From Octopus bimaculoides (taxonomy: Eukaryota): DNA of 64,000 nucleotides. Of the stretch, positions 13,131 to 26,783 are shown in pieces. A program made the translations under genes and the position numbers. The stretch lies in contig NC_068999.1 in NCBI RefSeq assembly GCF_001194135.2, positions 50,578,447-50,642,446 of the forward strand. The letters are read 5' to 3'. The notes under the pieces were generated by a model. That model ran no database searches. It was not told where the DNA came from and was given only the letters and a program-made list of their open reading frames with translations. Position 1 is the first letter of the stretch. Each line of letters begins with the position of its first letter.

Positions 13131-13435
13131 CATAAACAAGACATTTAGTACAGCCCTTTTAGCGATTCTTTGCAGAGAGCTATATATTGTTAAGAACACT
13201 GGGAATAATTCTAAAAGGGAATAGAAAGAGCAACCATAAAAGTAATTCATAATACTTGTGGGCCATCACATATACGAAATATGCACAAATGTATCTTTCA
13301 CAATATGGCGACATAAGAGCAGTTAACATACGCTTGCTTCATGTTTCACTGGTTCATAAAATGTCTATAGGCAAAGTGGTGAAGTTAGCAGTATATGATT
13401 CCAACATACACATACACATAACATATATATGTGTG

Positions 13436-13486
<51 letters not shown>

Positions 13487-14043
13487 CGTTCATCCGTCCA
13501 TACTTACATTTCTCTTTTTTCTCTATCATTATCCTAAGCTCTCACTCACTCAGTCTCTCCACATCCAAACATCCATTCATATATTAAGAGGAACAAAGTA
13601 ACGTACAGCGCTCAATTCGGCACTGTTCTTTATCAATAGATACTTCCCTTAAAAAACTAATTACTTCCGAGTTAAGAGGAATCTCGAGAGAGTTTGACCC
13701 CTTTTTTGATAAATGTAACCGTAATTGGCTGCCTGCAAACGCCGATCGACCAACATGACGCCAATACGACTATATATGCTGTTTTCAAACGAACAACTTC
13801 GATAATTATATTTCCTCAGATTTAATAGAAACAAATCTAAAATCCAGTAGCCTTTTCATTTATCTGAAGCGTGGATATATGTATATATGTGTATATATAT
13901 ATGTGTGTATGTGTGTGTGTTTCTGTGTGTGTATGTATACATATATACGTCAATATATCAATATATATATACATATATATGCATGGATATTTATATATAT
14001 ATATGCATATGTATGCTTATAAGCGTGTATATATATGTGTGTG

Positions 14044-14095
<52 letters not shown>

Positions 14096-14500
14096 NNNNN
14101 NNNNNNNNNNNNNNNNNNNNNNNNNNNNNNNNNNNNNNNNNNNNNNNNNNNNNNNNNNNNNNNNNNNNNNNNNNNNNNNNNNNNNNNNNNNNNNNNNNNN
14201 NNNNNNNNNNNNNNNNNNNNNNNNNNNNNNNNNNNNNNNNNNNNNNNNNNNNNNNNNNNNNNNNNNNNNNNNNNNNNNNNNNNNNNNNNNNNNNNNNNNN
14301 NNNNNNNNNNNNNNNNNNNNNNNNNNNNNNNNNNNNNNNNNNNNNNNNNNNNNNNNNNNNNNNNNNNNNNNNNNNNNNNNNNNNNNNNNNNNNNNNNNNN
14401 NNNNNNNNNNNNNNNNNNNNNNNNNNNNNNNNNNNNNNNNNNNNNNNNNNNNNNNNNNNNNNNNNNNNNNNNNNNNNNNNNNNNNNNNNNNNNNNNNNNN

Positions 14501-14563
<63 letters not shown>

Positions 14564-14699
14564 ACAAACTTACACACGCATGCACATGCACATATAAAAC
14601 CATGCCTATTTCTCCTTCTTCGAATATATACATACATACTGCTGATACGATACGCGCATCTTTTCTTATGCGCGTGCATTAATCTATTTGATAGAATCT

Positions 14700-14750
<51 letters not shown>

Positions 14751-15230
14751 ACAACACACTTACGCACACACATATTGCTACCTATACACACATGTATACA
14801 CAAGTATATATAATACATATATTTATACTCACATAAACATATACAAATGTATATATACATGCATACACACTCACACACACAACATATATAATATTTCTAC
14901 GCACATTCATTGTGTTTAGAACTATATGCAATTCTAACCATATTACCCTATAAAAGCAGAGCATTTTCAAAAGCTTAAGAGTGTAACATTTAAGCTCACC
15001 GTATACAAATATCGAGACAAGGCAAAACGCTCTTGGGTTGCACAATCTTATATATTTGCATGTATATTTATACATGCTAATGTGCGTACTCGCATGCATT
15101 CGCGTCTGTGAGTAGATGTGCTTGCAATCTGTGTAGATGCCAAAAAGATAGAAATATAAAATATTCATTCTGTATAAACATCGATATATATATACAGACA
15201 CCGTTATTGATTAACAGTAATATATTGAAA

Positions 15231-15447
15231 GGGCAGCGAGCTGGCAGAAACGTTAGTGCACCGGGCGAAATGCTTAGCGGTATTTCGTTTGTCTTTACGG
15301 TCTGAGTTCAAATTTGCCTTTCATCCATTCGGAGGTCGATAAATTAAGTACCTGTTACGAACTGGGGTCGATGTAATCGACTTAATCCCATTGTCTGTCC
15401 TTGTTTGTTCCCTCTGTGTTTAGCTCCTTGTGGGCAATAAAGAAATA
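15231..15447 (+). mobile_element. SINE family A (near full length)
   Basis: gagctggcagaaacgttagtgcaccgggcgaaatgcttagcggtatttcg...gagttcaaat...cctttcatccattcggaggtcgataaattaagtacc; B-box-like gttcaaat. Confidence 0.92.
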
Positions 15448-16439
15448 ATATATTGAAGCATCCATCCATCATCCATCCATCTATATTTACACGCACACGC
15501 ACACACACACACACACACNNNNNNNNNNNNNNNNNNNNNNNNNNNNNNNNNNNNNNNNNNNNNNNNNNNNNNNNNNNNNNNNNNNNNNNNNNNNNNNNNN
15601 NNNNNNNNNNNNNNNNNNNNNNNNNNNNNNNNNNNNNNNNNNNNNNNNNNNNNNNNNNNNNNNNNNNNNNNNNNNNNNNNNNNNNNNNNNNNNNNNNNNN
15701 NNNNNNNNNNNNNNNNNNNNNNNNNNNNNNNNNNNNNNNNNNNNNNNNNNNNNNNNNNNNNNNNNNNNNNNNNNNNNNNNNNNNNNNNNNNNNNNNNNNN
15801 NNNNNNNNNNNNNNNNNNNNNNNNNNNNNNNNNNNNNNNNNNNNNNNNNNNNNNNNNNNNNNNNNNNNNNNNNNNNNNNNNNNNNNNNNNNNNNNNNNNN
15901 NNNNNNNNNNNNNNNNNNNNNNNNNNNNNNNNNNNNNNNNNNNNNNNNNNNNNNNNNNNNNNNNNNNNNNNNNNNNNNNNNNNNNNNNNNNNNNNNNNNN
16001 NNNNNNNNNNNNNNNNNNNNNNNNNNNNNNNNNNNNNNNNNNNNNNNNNNNNNNNNNNNNNNNNNNNNNNNNNNNNNNNNNNNNNNNNNNNNNNNNNNNN
16101 NNNNNNNNNNNNNNNNNNNNNNNNNNNNNNNNNNNNNNNNNNNNNNNNNNNNNNNNNNNNNNNNNNNNNNNNNNNNNNNNNNNNNNNNNNNNNNNNNNNN
16201 NNNNNNNNNNNNNNNNNNNNNNNNNNNNNNNNNNNNNNNNNNNNNNNNNNNNNNNNTTTTGAGTTATTTATTTTCCTTTGCATCATCTTTACACACACAC
16301 CCATATATATATAGTATGTACCTTACCCTCATAAAATAGATATGAAAATATATATTACAATTATGCGAAAATTAGATTTTGATTTGCATTTAGTTGTTTA
16401 TCATAAGGGAGTTACACAAGCTTGGCTTTGGTGCAGGAA

Positions 16440-16900
16440 ACGCTAGTATGCTATCTTCTGGTAATCTGTACGCTTTTCCACGTTTCCGGGGAATAATCTG
16501 CGGCAGAGGTAATCAGAAATTTAACATCTGATCAGACATATTTTTAACAAGAAAACACTGTCACTAGTGAAGTTTTATTTTTCAATTATCGTAAGGTTGT
16601 AATTAGAAAGCTCATGGTATCAGAGGAGTAACTGAAGGTAATAAGGTAAATGGACCTCAGTCGGTTTTGGCGTTGAGCATTTAGTTATTCGACCAACGGA
16701 AGAAACTCCTCGTTGAATCAATTTGCAAGTGGGTCAGAATGTGTCTGCCTAATATAATCCTGAGACGAGATCAACACGAGACTGTGTTTAACTCACCCGT
16801 ATCGTCTCTAATGACGGGATTCCTTTGTATCCCTGAAACATCGGTAAGACTAGCTCTCTAGAAATTTCCTAGAAATCTCACACTGCCTTGGCTTTGTTGT
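16440..16900 (+). mobile_element. probable Penelope-like element remnant containing a hammerhead-like motif (16804-16850)
   Basis: GTCT-CTAATGA-C-GGGAT(tcctttgt)ATCCC-T-GAAAC-atcg-GTA-AGAC; boundaries approximate. Confidence 0.5.
16804..16850 (+). ncRNA. type I hammerhead ribozyme, degenerate (core G5->A)
   Basis: Stem I GTCT/AGAC, stem II GGGAT/ATCCC, GAAAC...GUA cleavage triplet; core reads CUAAUGA instead of CUGAUGA. Confidence 0.65.
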
Positions 16901-17233
16901 CTCATTTTATTCAACCCCCCCCCACAAACACGTATGTGTGTATGTATGTATGTATGTATGTATGTTTGTATGGAATTACGTATATTTGTATGCTTATATC
17001 TATGTACATATATACGTATGTATGTATGCATGTAAGTCTGTATGTAAGTCTCTATGTTTATCCGTCTACTTTGCCAACTAAAATCAACTACCTTTTGGAC
17101 TCCATATATATGGAGAGTCTATACATGCTAGAGTCTTTATAATTGTGCTATACTTCTTTCTTACAAATGGGTGGCTGTTTGTCAGCGTGAGAAACCGTAT
17201 ACACAATACTCCTAATTATCTATCTCTAACATC

Positions 17234-17234
<1 letters not shown>

Positions 17235-17293
<59 letters not shown>

Positions 17294-17406
17294 ATAATAA
17301 TAATAATAATAATAATGATGATGATGATGATGATATTAAAAGTATAGTAGTAGTAGTAGTGTTAGCAGTAGTCGTAGTTATATTAATAGTGATGACGACG
17401 ACGACG

Positions 17407-17437
<31 letters not shown>

Positions 17438-17447
17438 CAACAACAAC

Positions 17448-17505
<58 letters not shown>
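17235..17505. repeat. compound triplet microsatellite (CTA)n-(TAA)n-(TGA)n-(TAG)n-(GAC)n-(AAC)n-(TAA)n
   Basis: Direct reading. Confidence 0.97.
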
Positions 17506-17506
<1 letters not shown>

Positions 17507-18257
17507 GCAGTAAGGAACTTTCCAAATTGTAATTGCTCACCATCCGGTTCCTTGAGCTCCAATCATATAAATGGAAACGAATACGGAATCTAGTGCCTGT
17601 ACACCTGATCAGGTTTGTTCAAGTGAACGCAATTGAGTGACAATGGCGAGGAAAAGTTACTTAGACATTTTTCTCAAACCGGAAGTTAAGTATGTAGACT
17701 TAAGCTAAGTATGTACTTAGCGAGAATGATGATGCAAATGGCATCTTCCGGACTGGACACGGCCAAAGCAAAATCAAATGAGATTTTACATTCTTTATGA
17801 ACACATGAAGAATGAGAAAGGAAATGATGTGAGTGTATCGATTTGGTGTCTTAATAATCGAAAATTCTCGGGTCATAAATGTAATTCGAAGGTTGCAAAC
17901 AGATAGATGCAACAACTAGATGAATACGACTTACTATAGCAGAACAAATGTAATATGTGGTAATGCAAAAATACAGACACGAAGATATGCAAGCATAAGC
18001 AGGGCATATACACACAACTACAAAACCACAGATATGCACACATATATAATAAACACACACACTTTATATATATGTATATGTATATATATATACACACATG
18101 TATATACATATATATACATGTGCCTACGTATATATAAATACAAGTAAATATATACATATGATGTGTGTGTGTGTGTGTGCATAATTGTGAAGAGAGATAA
18201 TTGTGAAGAGAGTAAGGCTTAGAGAGAAGGGCAAAGAGGGAGAAAAAAAAGAGAGAT

Positions 18258-18302
<45 letters not shown>

Positions 18303-18621
18303 AAGAGAGAGAGAGGGGGGGAGAGGGAGAGGGAGAGGGAGAGGGAGAGAGAAGTATGAAACTAGTACAAAATGAACAATTCGAATATGAACAAATCCCA
18401 GTGCGATACTTTAAAAACGAAATTACAAACAATNNNNNNNNNNNNNNNNNNNNNNNNNNNNNNNNNNNNNNNNNNNNNNNNNNNNNNNNNNNNNNNNNNN
18501 NNNNNNNNNNNNNNNNNNNNNNNNNNNNNNNNNNNNNNNNNNNNNNNNNNNNNNNNNNNNNNNNNNNNNNNNNNNNNNNNNNNNNNNNNNNNNNNNNNNN
18601 NNNNNNNNNNNNNNNNNNNNN

Positions 18622-18661
<40 letters not shown>

Positions 18662-18662
<1 letters not shown>

Positions 18663-18830
18663 GCAGGTATGGTTATGTGGTAAGAAGTATATCTCCGAAC
18701 CACCTGGTTCCGGGTTCAGTCCCACTTTGAGCAAAAGTCTTCATCTATAACCTCGGGACGACCAAAGCCTTGTGAGTTGATTTGGTTGACGCAAAATGAA
18801 CGAAGGCCGTCGTATATATGTATATGTATA
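18662..18830 (+). mobile_element. SINE family B, 5' part
   Basis: gtggtaagaag...ggttccgggttcagtcccac...cctcgggacgaccaaagccttgtgagttgatttggttgacg. Confidence 0.85.
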
Positions 18831-19051
18831 TGTATACGTATATATATGATGTTCCCTAATGTTTGCTTTTCTCAGACTATTACATTTTTCCCTTCTACTG
18901 TCACACAATTCTGCCGCTTGATTTGCATGCATATTTACACATACATAGCATGATTGCTAAAGCACTAATATGTATATATGTATAATTTTGTCTATACAAG
19001 CATATGTGCTTGGAAACATTTTTCGCTGTAACAAATTCTCACATGCACACA

Positions 19052-19083
<32 letters not shown>

Positions 19084-19329
19084 GAGTTACACTCACACAC
19101 AAGCACACCAACACATCATACACTAAAGGAAAATTATAGTCACAAATATATACATATACGTGCAGAAAATACACACACATTCATACACACACATACATAC
19201 ACTTGCATTCACAAACATTTCCCCATTAATCGTAAATCATTTGTCAAAATATTGTTGTTTGTTTTTCAAACATTTGCGCTCTAACATATTTCAAGACGTT
19301 TTTCATTTTTTAAATTTCCGTTATATATC

Positions 19330-19780
19330 AGCATCAAAGCACCACCACCATCCACACCATTATCCTCCCTCTGTTCCTCCTCACCGTATTCGCGCTCTTT
19401 CACCTCCTCCCTGTATCATAATCTTCATCCCTATCCTCCTCACCAGCTTCCGCCTCTTCCTTCCCCTCCTCTTCCTCGTCGTCTTTTCCTCCTCATCATC
19501 AGCATCTTCCTTATCCTCATTATCATCGTCAACATCCTTATCATAAACATCCTCACCATCATCATCGTCATCATCGTCATCGTCATCATCATCATCGTCA
19601 TCATCATCAACATCATCACCATACATCTTCATCATCATACATTATCATCAACATCACCATTGCCATCATATCATCAGCATCACCATTATTATCATCCCAC
19701 AATCATGATCATCACCATGATCATTATCCTTATCGTCACCACTACCTCAATCATCATCATCACCATCACCATCACCATCG

Positions 19781-19812
<32 letters not shown>
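19330..19812. repeat. degenerate (CAT/CCT)n low-complexity region
   Basis: Direct reading; gives spurious poly-D/poly-I ORFs. Confidence 0.93.
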
Positions 19813-19814
<2 letters not shown>

Positions 19815-20079
19815 TGCTATTGTTTTTTTGTCTTTTCCTTACAAAACCTAATCAGCCGTTCAATTACAAGATGGAAGAGAAATATACAAAGCAAACGGAT
19901 CATCCTTTTTAATGGATTCGCCTGATTTCTTCGGCAAGTTCCAAGACAAAAAAAAAAAAAAAAAAAAGAAAATCGATATAAAGTTGTTGAAAGAAATGTA
20001 GAGGAAATAAAAAATCAAACGTTCCTACCTACTTCTCGATGAATTTGCGTTTGCGTTTGATAGTCCTCACCTGAAAATA

Positions 20080-20081
20080 AC

Positions 20082-20140
<59 letters not shown>

Positions 20141-20240
20141 GAAAAAAGAAGAATGAGAAGAAGAAGAAGAAGAAGAAGAAGAAGAAGAAGAAGAAGAAGA
20201 AGAAGAAGAAGAAGAAGAAAAAGAGGAAGAAGAAGAAGAA
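20080..20240. repeat. (TAA)n-(GAA)n microsatellite
   Basis: Direct reading. Confidence 0.97.
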
Positions 20241-20254
20241 ATTTGAAATAGGAA

Positions 20255-20461
20255 GAATTTGGAACATGCGAACTGCAAGGGGAACATTAAGTCAAAATAG
20301 AGACAATTGGCTGAAGGAGATTGGAATAGAATGCTCGGTAGAGTTCCTATAGAAAGCTTGTCTCTTAGGGACAGCATGGATTATCAGGAGGGTTCTAAGC
20401 ACTTGAAAAACTGCTACCTACATAAATCTTACCAGGAATTAGACCAAACCCGAGCTAAACC

Positions 20462-20500
<39 letters not shown>
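20255..20500 (+). mobile_element. 3' end of an R4/Dong-like (restriction-like endonuclease) non-LTR retrotransposon with (TAA)n tail
   Basis: + frame reads RGTLSQNRDNWLKEIGIECSVEFL*KACLLGTAWIIRRVLST* (stop 20404-20406), matching the C-terminal QKxxLLGTAxIxRxVL motif of R4/Dong ORFs; (AAT)n at 20462-20500. Confidence 0.8.
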
Positions 20501-20505
<5 letters not shown>

Positions 20506-20510
20506 CAACG

Positions 20511-20595
20511 GAGAGCTACAAATACCAACCACTGAGAGCTAAAAATACCAACCAATAGAGAGCCACAAATACCGACCAAAAGAGAGCTACAAATG
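20511..20595 (+). repeat. about 24-bp minisatellite (gagagctacaaataccaacca..), 4 copies
   Basis: Units start at 20511, 20534, 20558, 20582; same core gagagctacaaatac recurs in the RT fragment at 20628. Confidence 0.85.
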
Positions 20596-20603
20596 CTCAG
20601 AAT

Positions 20604-20750
20604 GTTATAAAGGGGTTAGAACCAGCGGAGAGCTACAAATACTTATGGCTACTTGAAGGCGAGGGAATCAAACATTCAATGATGAGGGAAAAGATCAGAA
20701 AAGAATGTTATCGCGTGATAAAAGCAATACTCAAGATAGAACTGAACGCA
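20604..20750 (+). mobile_element. R4/Dong-like reverse transcriptase fragment (YKYLG region)
   Basis: VIKGLEPAESYKYLWLLEGEGIKHSMMREKIRKECYRVIKAILKIELNA resembles ESYKYLG.LE..GI.H..MKEKIRKEYYRR.R.ILK.ELN of R4/Dong RTs. Confidence 0.8.
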
Positions 20751-21029
20751 AGCTTGAGGCGGAAGGTCCAGACTCTCATGTGATTTCTATCTTAATGTTC
20801 TGTGTGGTATTGATACGTTTCGCGTGCGTGATTTAGCCGTGATTATTACAGCTGTTTTGTGCTGCAGTTCTACATCTAATTCCTGGTTAGGATGCATGAT
20901 AGAACAGTTATTCGCCTGGCGCCTATTATGAAATGCATTGAAGTTCTAAATTATTTAACACTAGGAACTTTCTTACTTACCCCTCCCTTCCAATTTCTAC
21001 AATTATAGTTTTTAATATAAGTTCAAAGC

Positions 21030-21250
21030 AAGGTGGTGAGCTGGCAGAATCGTTAGAACATCATGCTTAATGCTTAACATAATTCCGTCAGTTTTTGCGT
21101 TCTCAGTTCAAATTTCACCGAGGTCAATTTTACCATTCATCCTTTAGAGGTCGATGAAATGAGTACTAGATGAACACTGGTGGTCGATGTAATCGATTTA
21201 CTCACTTGACGGAGCTTACTGGCCTTGTGCCAAAATTTGGATCCAAAATA
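21030..21250 (+). mobile_element. SINE family A
   Basis: ggtggtgagctggcagaatcgttagaac...gttctcagttcaaatttcaccgaggtcaatttt...gtcgatgtaatcga. Confidence 0.88.
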
Positions 21251-21266
21251 ATTACATGACCATAAA

Positions 21267-21474
21267 TCTTTTACTCTTTTACTTGTTTCAGTCATTTGAC
21301 TGCGGCCATGCTGGAGCACCGCCTTTAGTCGAGAAAATCGACCCCAGGACTTATTGTTTGGAAGCCTAGTACTTATTCTATCGGTCTCTTTTTGCCGAAC
21401 CGCTAAGTTACGGGGACGTAAACACGCCAGCATCGGTTGTCAAGCGATGGCGGGGGACAAACACAGACACACAA

Positions 21475-21511
<37 letters not shown>

Positions 21512-21680
21512 CATATATACGACGGGCTTATTTCAGTTTCCATCTACCAAATCCACTCACAAGGCTTTGGTTGGCCCGAGGCTATAGTAGAAGACACTTG
21601 CCCAAGGTGCCACGCAGTGGGACTGAACCCGGAACCATGTGGTTGGTAAGCAAGCTACTTACCACACAGCCACTCCTGCG
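21267..21680 (-). mobile_element. SINE family B, full length, little diverged
   Basis: revcomp aligns end-to-end with 54640-55032 (cgcaggagtggctgtgtggtaagtagcttgc...aaacaagtaaaagagtaaaag). Confidence 0.95.
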
Positions 21681-23779
21681 ACTGTAAGTTATTATTGAAC
21701 GAAACGAAACTAGTAAATTTTCTGGCTCATATTTTCGACAACTCGGAAGCATAATATTGACAGGAATATCTTGAAATCGGAAGTTCAGAGATTGTTACTG
21801 TATATCTCTCATCCTGGGTGCACGTTCAATGACTCAGCTTTTGTGTAGGATTACAAAATCGCATAAGAAATGCAAATAATACAAAGCACATTCTATAGAA
21901 ATACTGACCGATAAGGTAATCGAAATTATTGTGCAGATTCAATGTACGAAAATTTCCATGTTCATGAAACGATTTCAGCTGTTAATTATATATTTAATTT
22001 AGATTCCAAATTTAAATTACATTGCCAAATAAATATTGTCTTTTATAGTTTGAAAGATGTAACTCGAAAATAGAACGGGCATTACATTACAATTTATAAT
22101 CAATATATTTCGATGGGGGGATAATTCAGAGAAGATTCCGTGAATTAGCTAAAGCGAATGAAACAAGAATTTTTAATGATAAAGACATCAATTTCTTATC
22201 GCAAAAATACAAAAACGAAAATAAATAAAAAGGAAGCGCAACAACTGAAAAGAAATGTTCACGCGGAAGCGTTGGCTTCAATCGACGCTGAATGGAATGA
22301 ATGAATAATTATATCTAAAAATACACCGGATTAAATGTCAAACAGCGAGAGACAATGACATCAATGACAAATAATAATCAATGTGTAGTTCATTGTCCAT
22401 TATTCACTTATGTTTTCACTACTCATTCGTTTATTGCTTTTCGTCTTTCCTTTCAACAATAAATATAGAATGAAACACGAGGAATTGCATCCGACAACAA
22501 AGAAGACTACACAAAAATATTATAAAAAATTAACACTATATTTAATGTAAGAAGAGGAGAGAAAACAAATATAATATTACAATAGACAATAAATTATTTA
22601 ATAATCATATTTGTATTTATATTATATATGTATAAAAAGGAAAATATTATAGAAAACAAAATTGTATTTTCCATTACAAATAGGAAAATAACACAATTGA
22701 AATTCGCAAAGCAAAATAAAATTACGAAAGTGAATGAAAGCAAAATTATAGAAATATATATTCGATAAGAATTTATAGATAAATTGCACGAGATAAAAAT
22801 AAAATTTAATAAAATTATAGACATTTATGTATGTATGTATGTATGTATGTATGTATGTATGTATGTATGTATGTATGAATGCATGCATGTATGTATTTAT
22901 GTATGTANNNNNNNNNNATACATGCAAATATCTGTATATATTATATATAACAGAGAGAGGGAGAGAGAGAGAAGGAGAGATGAGAGAGGCAGGCAAACAA
23001 ACACACACACACACACACACACACACGTACGCACACACACATACACACACAGAGAAATAGATGGATGTGTATATACACACATACATACACAGGTATGTGT
23101 GTGTCGGTGTGTTCGTGTGTGTTTATTTGTTTGTGTGTGTTGGTGTGTATGTGTGTGAGTTACTAAATGCGCTCGCGCGAGCGTTCATGTTTATACTGTT
23201 ACAGATCAAATTGAATGGGACTTCGAATTTCAGCGTTACATTTACTACAAAGAAAGGAATCTTTGATAATTATGATTCTTGCACTTACATTGTAACGAAA
23301 TCTTCATCAAAAGAATGAGGTGTGTATCACAAATTTTTGAATTTGTTAAAAATTCAAGAAAAAAAAAAGAAAACAAGTAAAATTAATATCGAATCAGATA
23401 TATATTCCATTCGAGCTCTGACCTGTATAATTAATCTGTTTGTTGAACTTTAAACTTTTATTTAATTTACTACCGCGAATAAAATAACATTTCCTCTTCT
23501 TGCAATTTTATTAACAAATCGTAAAACTCATCATCGCACACACAGCTCGCTCTTTTGATGAGGCTTCCTTCCTATATATAAACACTTGTCGGCAAAAGAT
23601 ATTCCAGTTGTTGAATCTATTTTTGGTGCAAAAACATCAGTGAATCCCGTTGTGATTCTTAAAATTGCTTTAAAATAATAACCACATTGTAAAAAAAAAC
23701 CACACACACACGTATATTTTTAAACATATTTCTAAATATTTAAAACTTTCTGCATAGTTGACGTGCATTTTTATATGAG

Positions 23780-24220
23780 CATACTTTGGTGTGAAGCTAA
23801 GAAGCTCAACTTGCAACTATGTAGGTTTCGAGTTCAATACCACCGCTCGGCATTTTGGTAAAATACCTTCTGTTATAGCCTCGGGCCGGCTAATGTCTAG
23901 TGAGTGAATTTGTTGGAAACTGCGTAGAAGCCTGTCGTATATATACATATACATATATGTCTGTATATGTGTGCGTGTCTGAATCGTTGTATCAGTGTTT
24001 GTCCCCCTACACCACTGCTTGACAACCAGTGATGGTTTGTTTACATCCCAGTAACTTGGCAGTTTGGCAAACGAGACTGACTGAATAAGTACCTGACTTA
24101 AAATCCATTCGACTAAATTGAACACGTAAGTACAAGCGTCGATTTGTCAAACTAAAGCGCTTTCAATCCGGTACCCCAGCATGGCCTCAGCCTAGTGACT
24201 ACAACATGTAAAAGATGAAA
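23780..24220 (+). mobile_element. SINE family B, older copy
   Basis: ggtttcgagttcaataccac...tagcctcgggccggc...gtccccctacaccactgcttgacaacc...ccccagcatggcctcag. Confidence 0.85.
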
Positions 24221-24440
24221 ACATAATGACTTAAAAATACTTGCGGTGCTTCATATATAGATGGCAGCTCAAGAATATAACTTCCATCCCTTCAATTCTT
24301 TATCTTACTATTTATTCCAAATGTATCACATAAATGGTTGTTTTTTTAAATCCTTTTCATCTGTTAGGCAGACAAGAATTTGTATTTCGCCTGATATTGT
24401 GATAATTGGGGTGCGGAGAAATAAAAATTCATTACAATTA

Positions 24441-24506
<66 letters not shown>

Positions 24507-25125
24507 ATATTCCTATTTTTCCTATCGCTATTATTATAGTATGAATTAAATATTCATACACACACATATATATACNNNNNNNNNNNNNNNNNNNNNNNNN
24601 NNNNNNNNNNNNNNNNNNNNNNNNNNNNNNNNNNNNNNNNNNNNNNNNNNNNNNNNNNNNNNNNNNNNNNNNNNNNNNNNNNNNNNNNNNNNNNNNNNNN
24701 NNNNNNNNNNNNNNNNNNNNNNNNNNNNNNNNNNNNNNNNNNNNNNNNNNNNNNTATATATATATATATACATATACATATACATATATATGTGATGTTC
24801 ATACACGAATCATACATACAGACACGCACCTACACAGAAATATACACACACACACATACTTGTATCATATACTATATTAATAGAAGGCATATTTATATAC
24901 ATATGTGCATGCGTATATATTTATACAACGTGTGTAGTATGCTTGTGCATGGAAATGTGCGTCTGTTCATCCAACGTAAAACACTCCAGATGTTACAACT
25001 ATTTTTATGTTGTGGAAAACATCCAACGAGCATGACATTCAATATCTAACCCTATGACTGTATATGTGTCTACCTATCCAGCTATTAACTATATCTATAT
25101 CTACATGTCTGTTTGAGGCACTCTT

Positions 25126-25167
<42 letters not shown>

Positions 25168-25290
25168 CCTTGCTTTCCAATGCACATGCACTTATAAATG
25201 TATAGATATGTGTGCATTTGCTTGTTTGTGATTGCGTCTGTACGCCATTTCTAGAAATATCTGTGTATCTACGACGTTAAGCTTAATTTT

Positions 25291-25507
25291 AATCCTTTCT
25301 ACTAAAGGCACAAAACGTGAAATTTGAGGGGCGGGGACTAGTCGATTACATCGCCCCCAGTGTTTCACTGGAATTTAATTTATCGACCCTGAAAAAAATG
25401 AAAGACAAGGTCGACCTCGGCGGAATTTGAACTCAGAACGTAACGGCAGACGAAATATTGCTAAGCATTTCGCCCGGCGCGCTAACGTTCCTGCCAGCTC
25501 GGCGCCT
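25291..25507 (-). mobile_element. SINE family A
   Basis: gtcgacctcggcggaatttgaactcagaacgtaacggcagacgaaat...cgcccggcgcgctaacgttcctgccagctc. Confidence 0.93.
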
Positions 25508-26371
25508 TGGAACTGTCGATAATATCGCTGTCTTTCCCTGACATGAAATATGCCATCGCTCTCGGAAGAATGTCTGTATAAAATGAGAAAAACCTTCATT
25601 GAAATATAGAAGTGTGTATTTTGAATTTCGCAAAATTTAACCTAGATGAAATTTGAGCCAGAAAGTAAAAAAAAAAAAAAATCAGAACAAATACGCCAGG
25701 GTTTCTTTCTATGCTTTAACGATTTCTCCTGCTGCTAAACGAAAACATAATAATTTAAATGGCAATAATACTTCATTTGCGTCTTTCTCAAAACAAACGA
25801 GGAACACAAAGCACAACACAAATCAATTTAGTTTCACCCCGATATCGAACGTGTGGAAATCGCAACGAAATCAGAAGAAAGACTTAGCTCTCATTCTATG
25901 GCATTCACCATTCACAACAATAACCTTTCGCAGGTTAGTTATCACGCATCATATCGCAACATTTTCGTTGTCTTATCTCATCAGAAGGCACAGCCTAGAA
26001 GCCGATAACAGTAAACGCTTTGCCCCGACACTCCCAAACTCAACCAGATGCTGCTACGTTTGTCAGAATCTGAAATAATCTAAATAGACAGCCACACTTC
26101 TCAACATTTTATCTCAACTCCATCTTTCTAAACCTCTACGTCAATAATTTTTTATACTAGAATATTTTTTCCTCAATACCTTACCGTTCTTTTCCTGTTT
26201 TCTCCATTTTGTCTTTGTCATTATTTCCTGTATTTCTTTCTTTCTTTATTATCTTATTTGACTATATTGCTCTTATCACACACACACACACCTACACCCA
26301 CGCTGATATTATCATTATTATTGTTATTATTGTTGTAGTTGCTGCGTCTGTTGCTGCTGTTGGTGTCGTTA

Positions 26372-26416
<45 letters not shown>

Positions 26417-26720
26417 CCACCCCGATTTAGCTATCGCAATTCCTTTGGGTCACCTATGTAGTATATTTTTCTGTAATTTCAAAGAGAGATGATATGGGGA
26501 CGGGGAAGCTCACGGGCATTTTTAAATTCTAAACTAATGACGAAAGAAGAAAAAACAAAGTGATAAAACGGATTTAAATAAAAAAAAACAACAACACAAA
26601 TTTCAGAGGTGCTTCTCGTCATCATCGTCGTCGTCGTCGTCGTCGTCGTCGCTGCCGTCATTGTCACCGTCGTCCTTTTCGTCAGCGACTTCATATATCA
26701 TCATCATCATCATCAATATC

Positions 26721-26783
<63 letters not shown>

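Noticed and set aside
17540-17615. Minus-strand segment ending at a g|GTGAGC donor, reading IYMIGAQGTG (P-loop-like)
   Set aside because: The next codon cannot be Lys, and the frame is closed shortly upstream
25833-25933. Possible exon FHPDIERVEIATKSEERLSSHSMAFTIHNNNLSQ ending at cag|GTTAGT
   Set aside because: Acceptor is A-rich and weak; no homology recognised
25945-25995. Minus-strand CTGATGA-gataagacaac-GAAA as a hammerhead
   Set aside because: No stem II or stem I pairing
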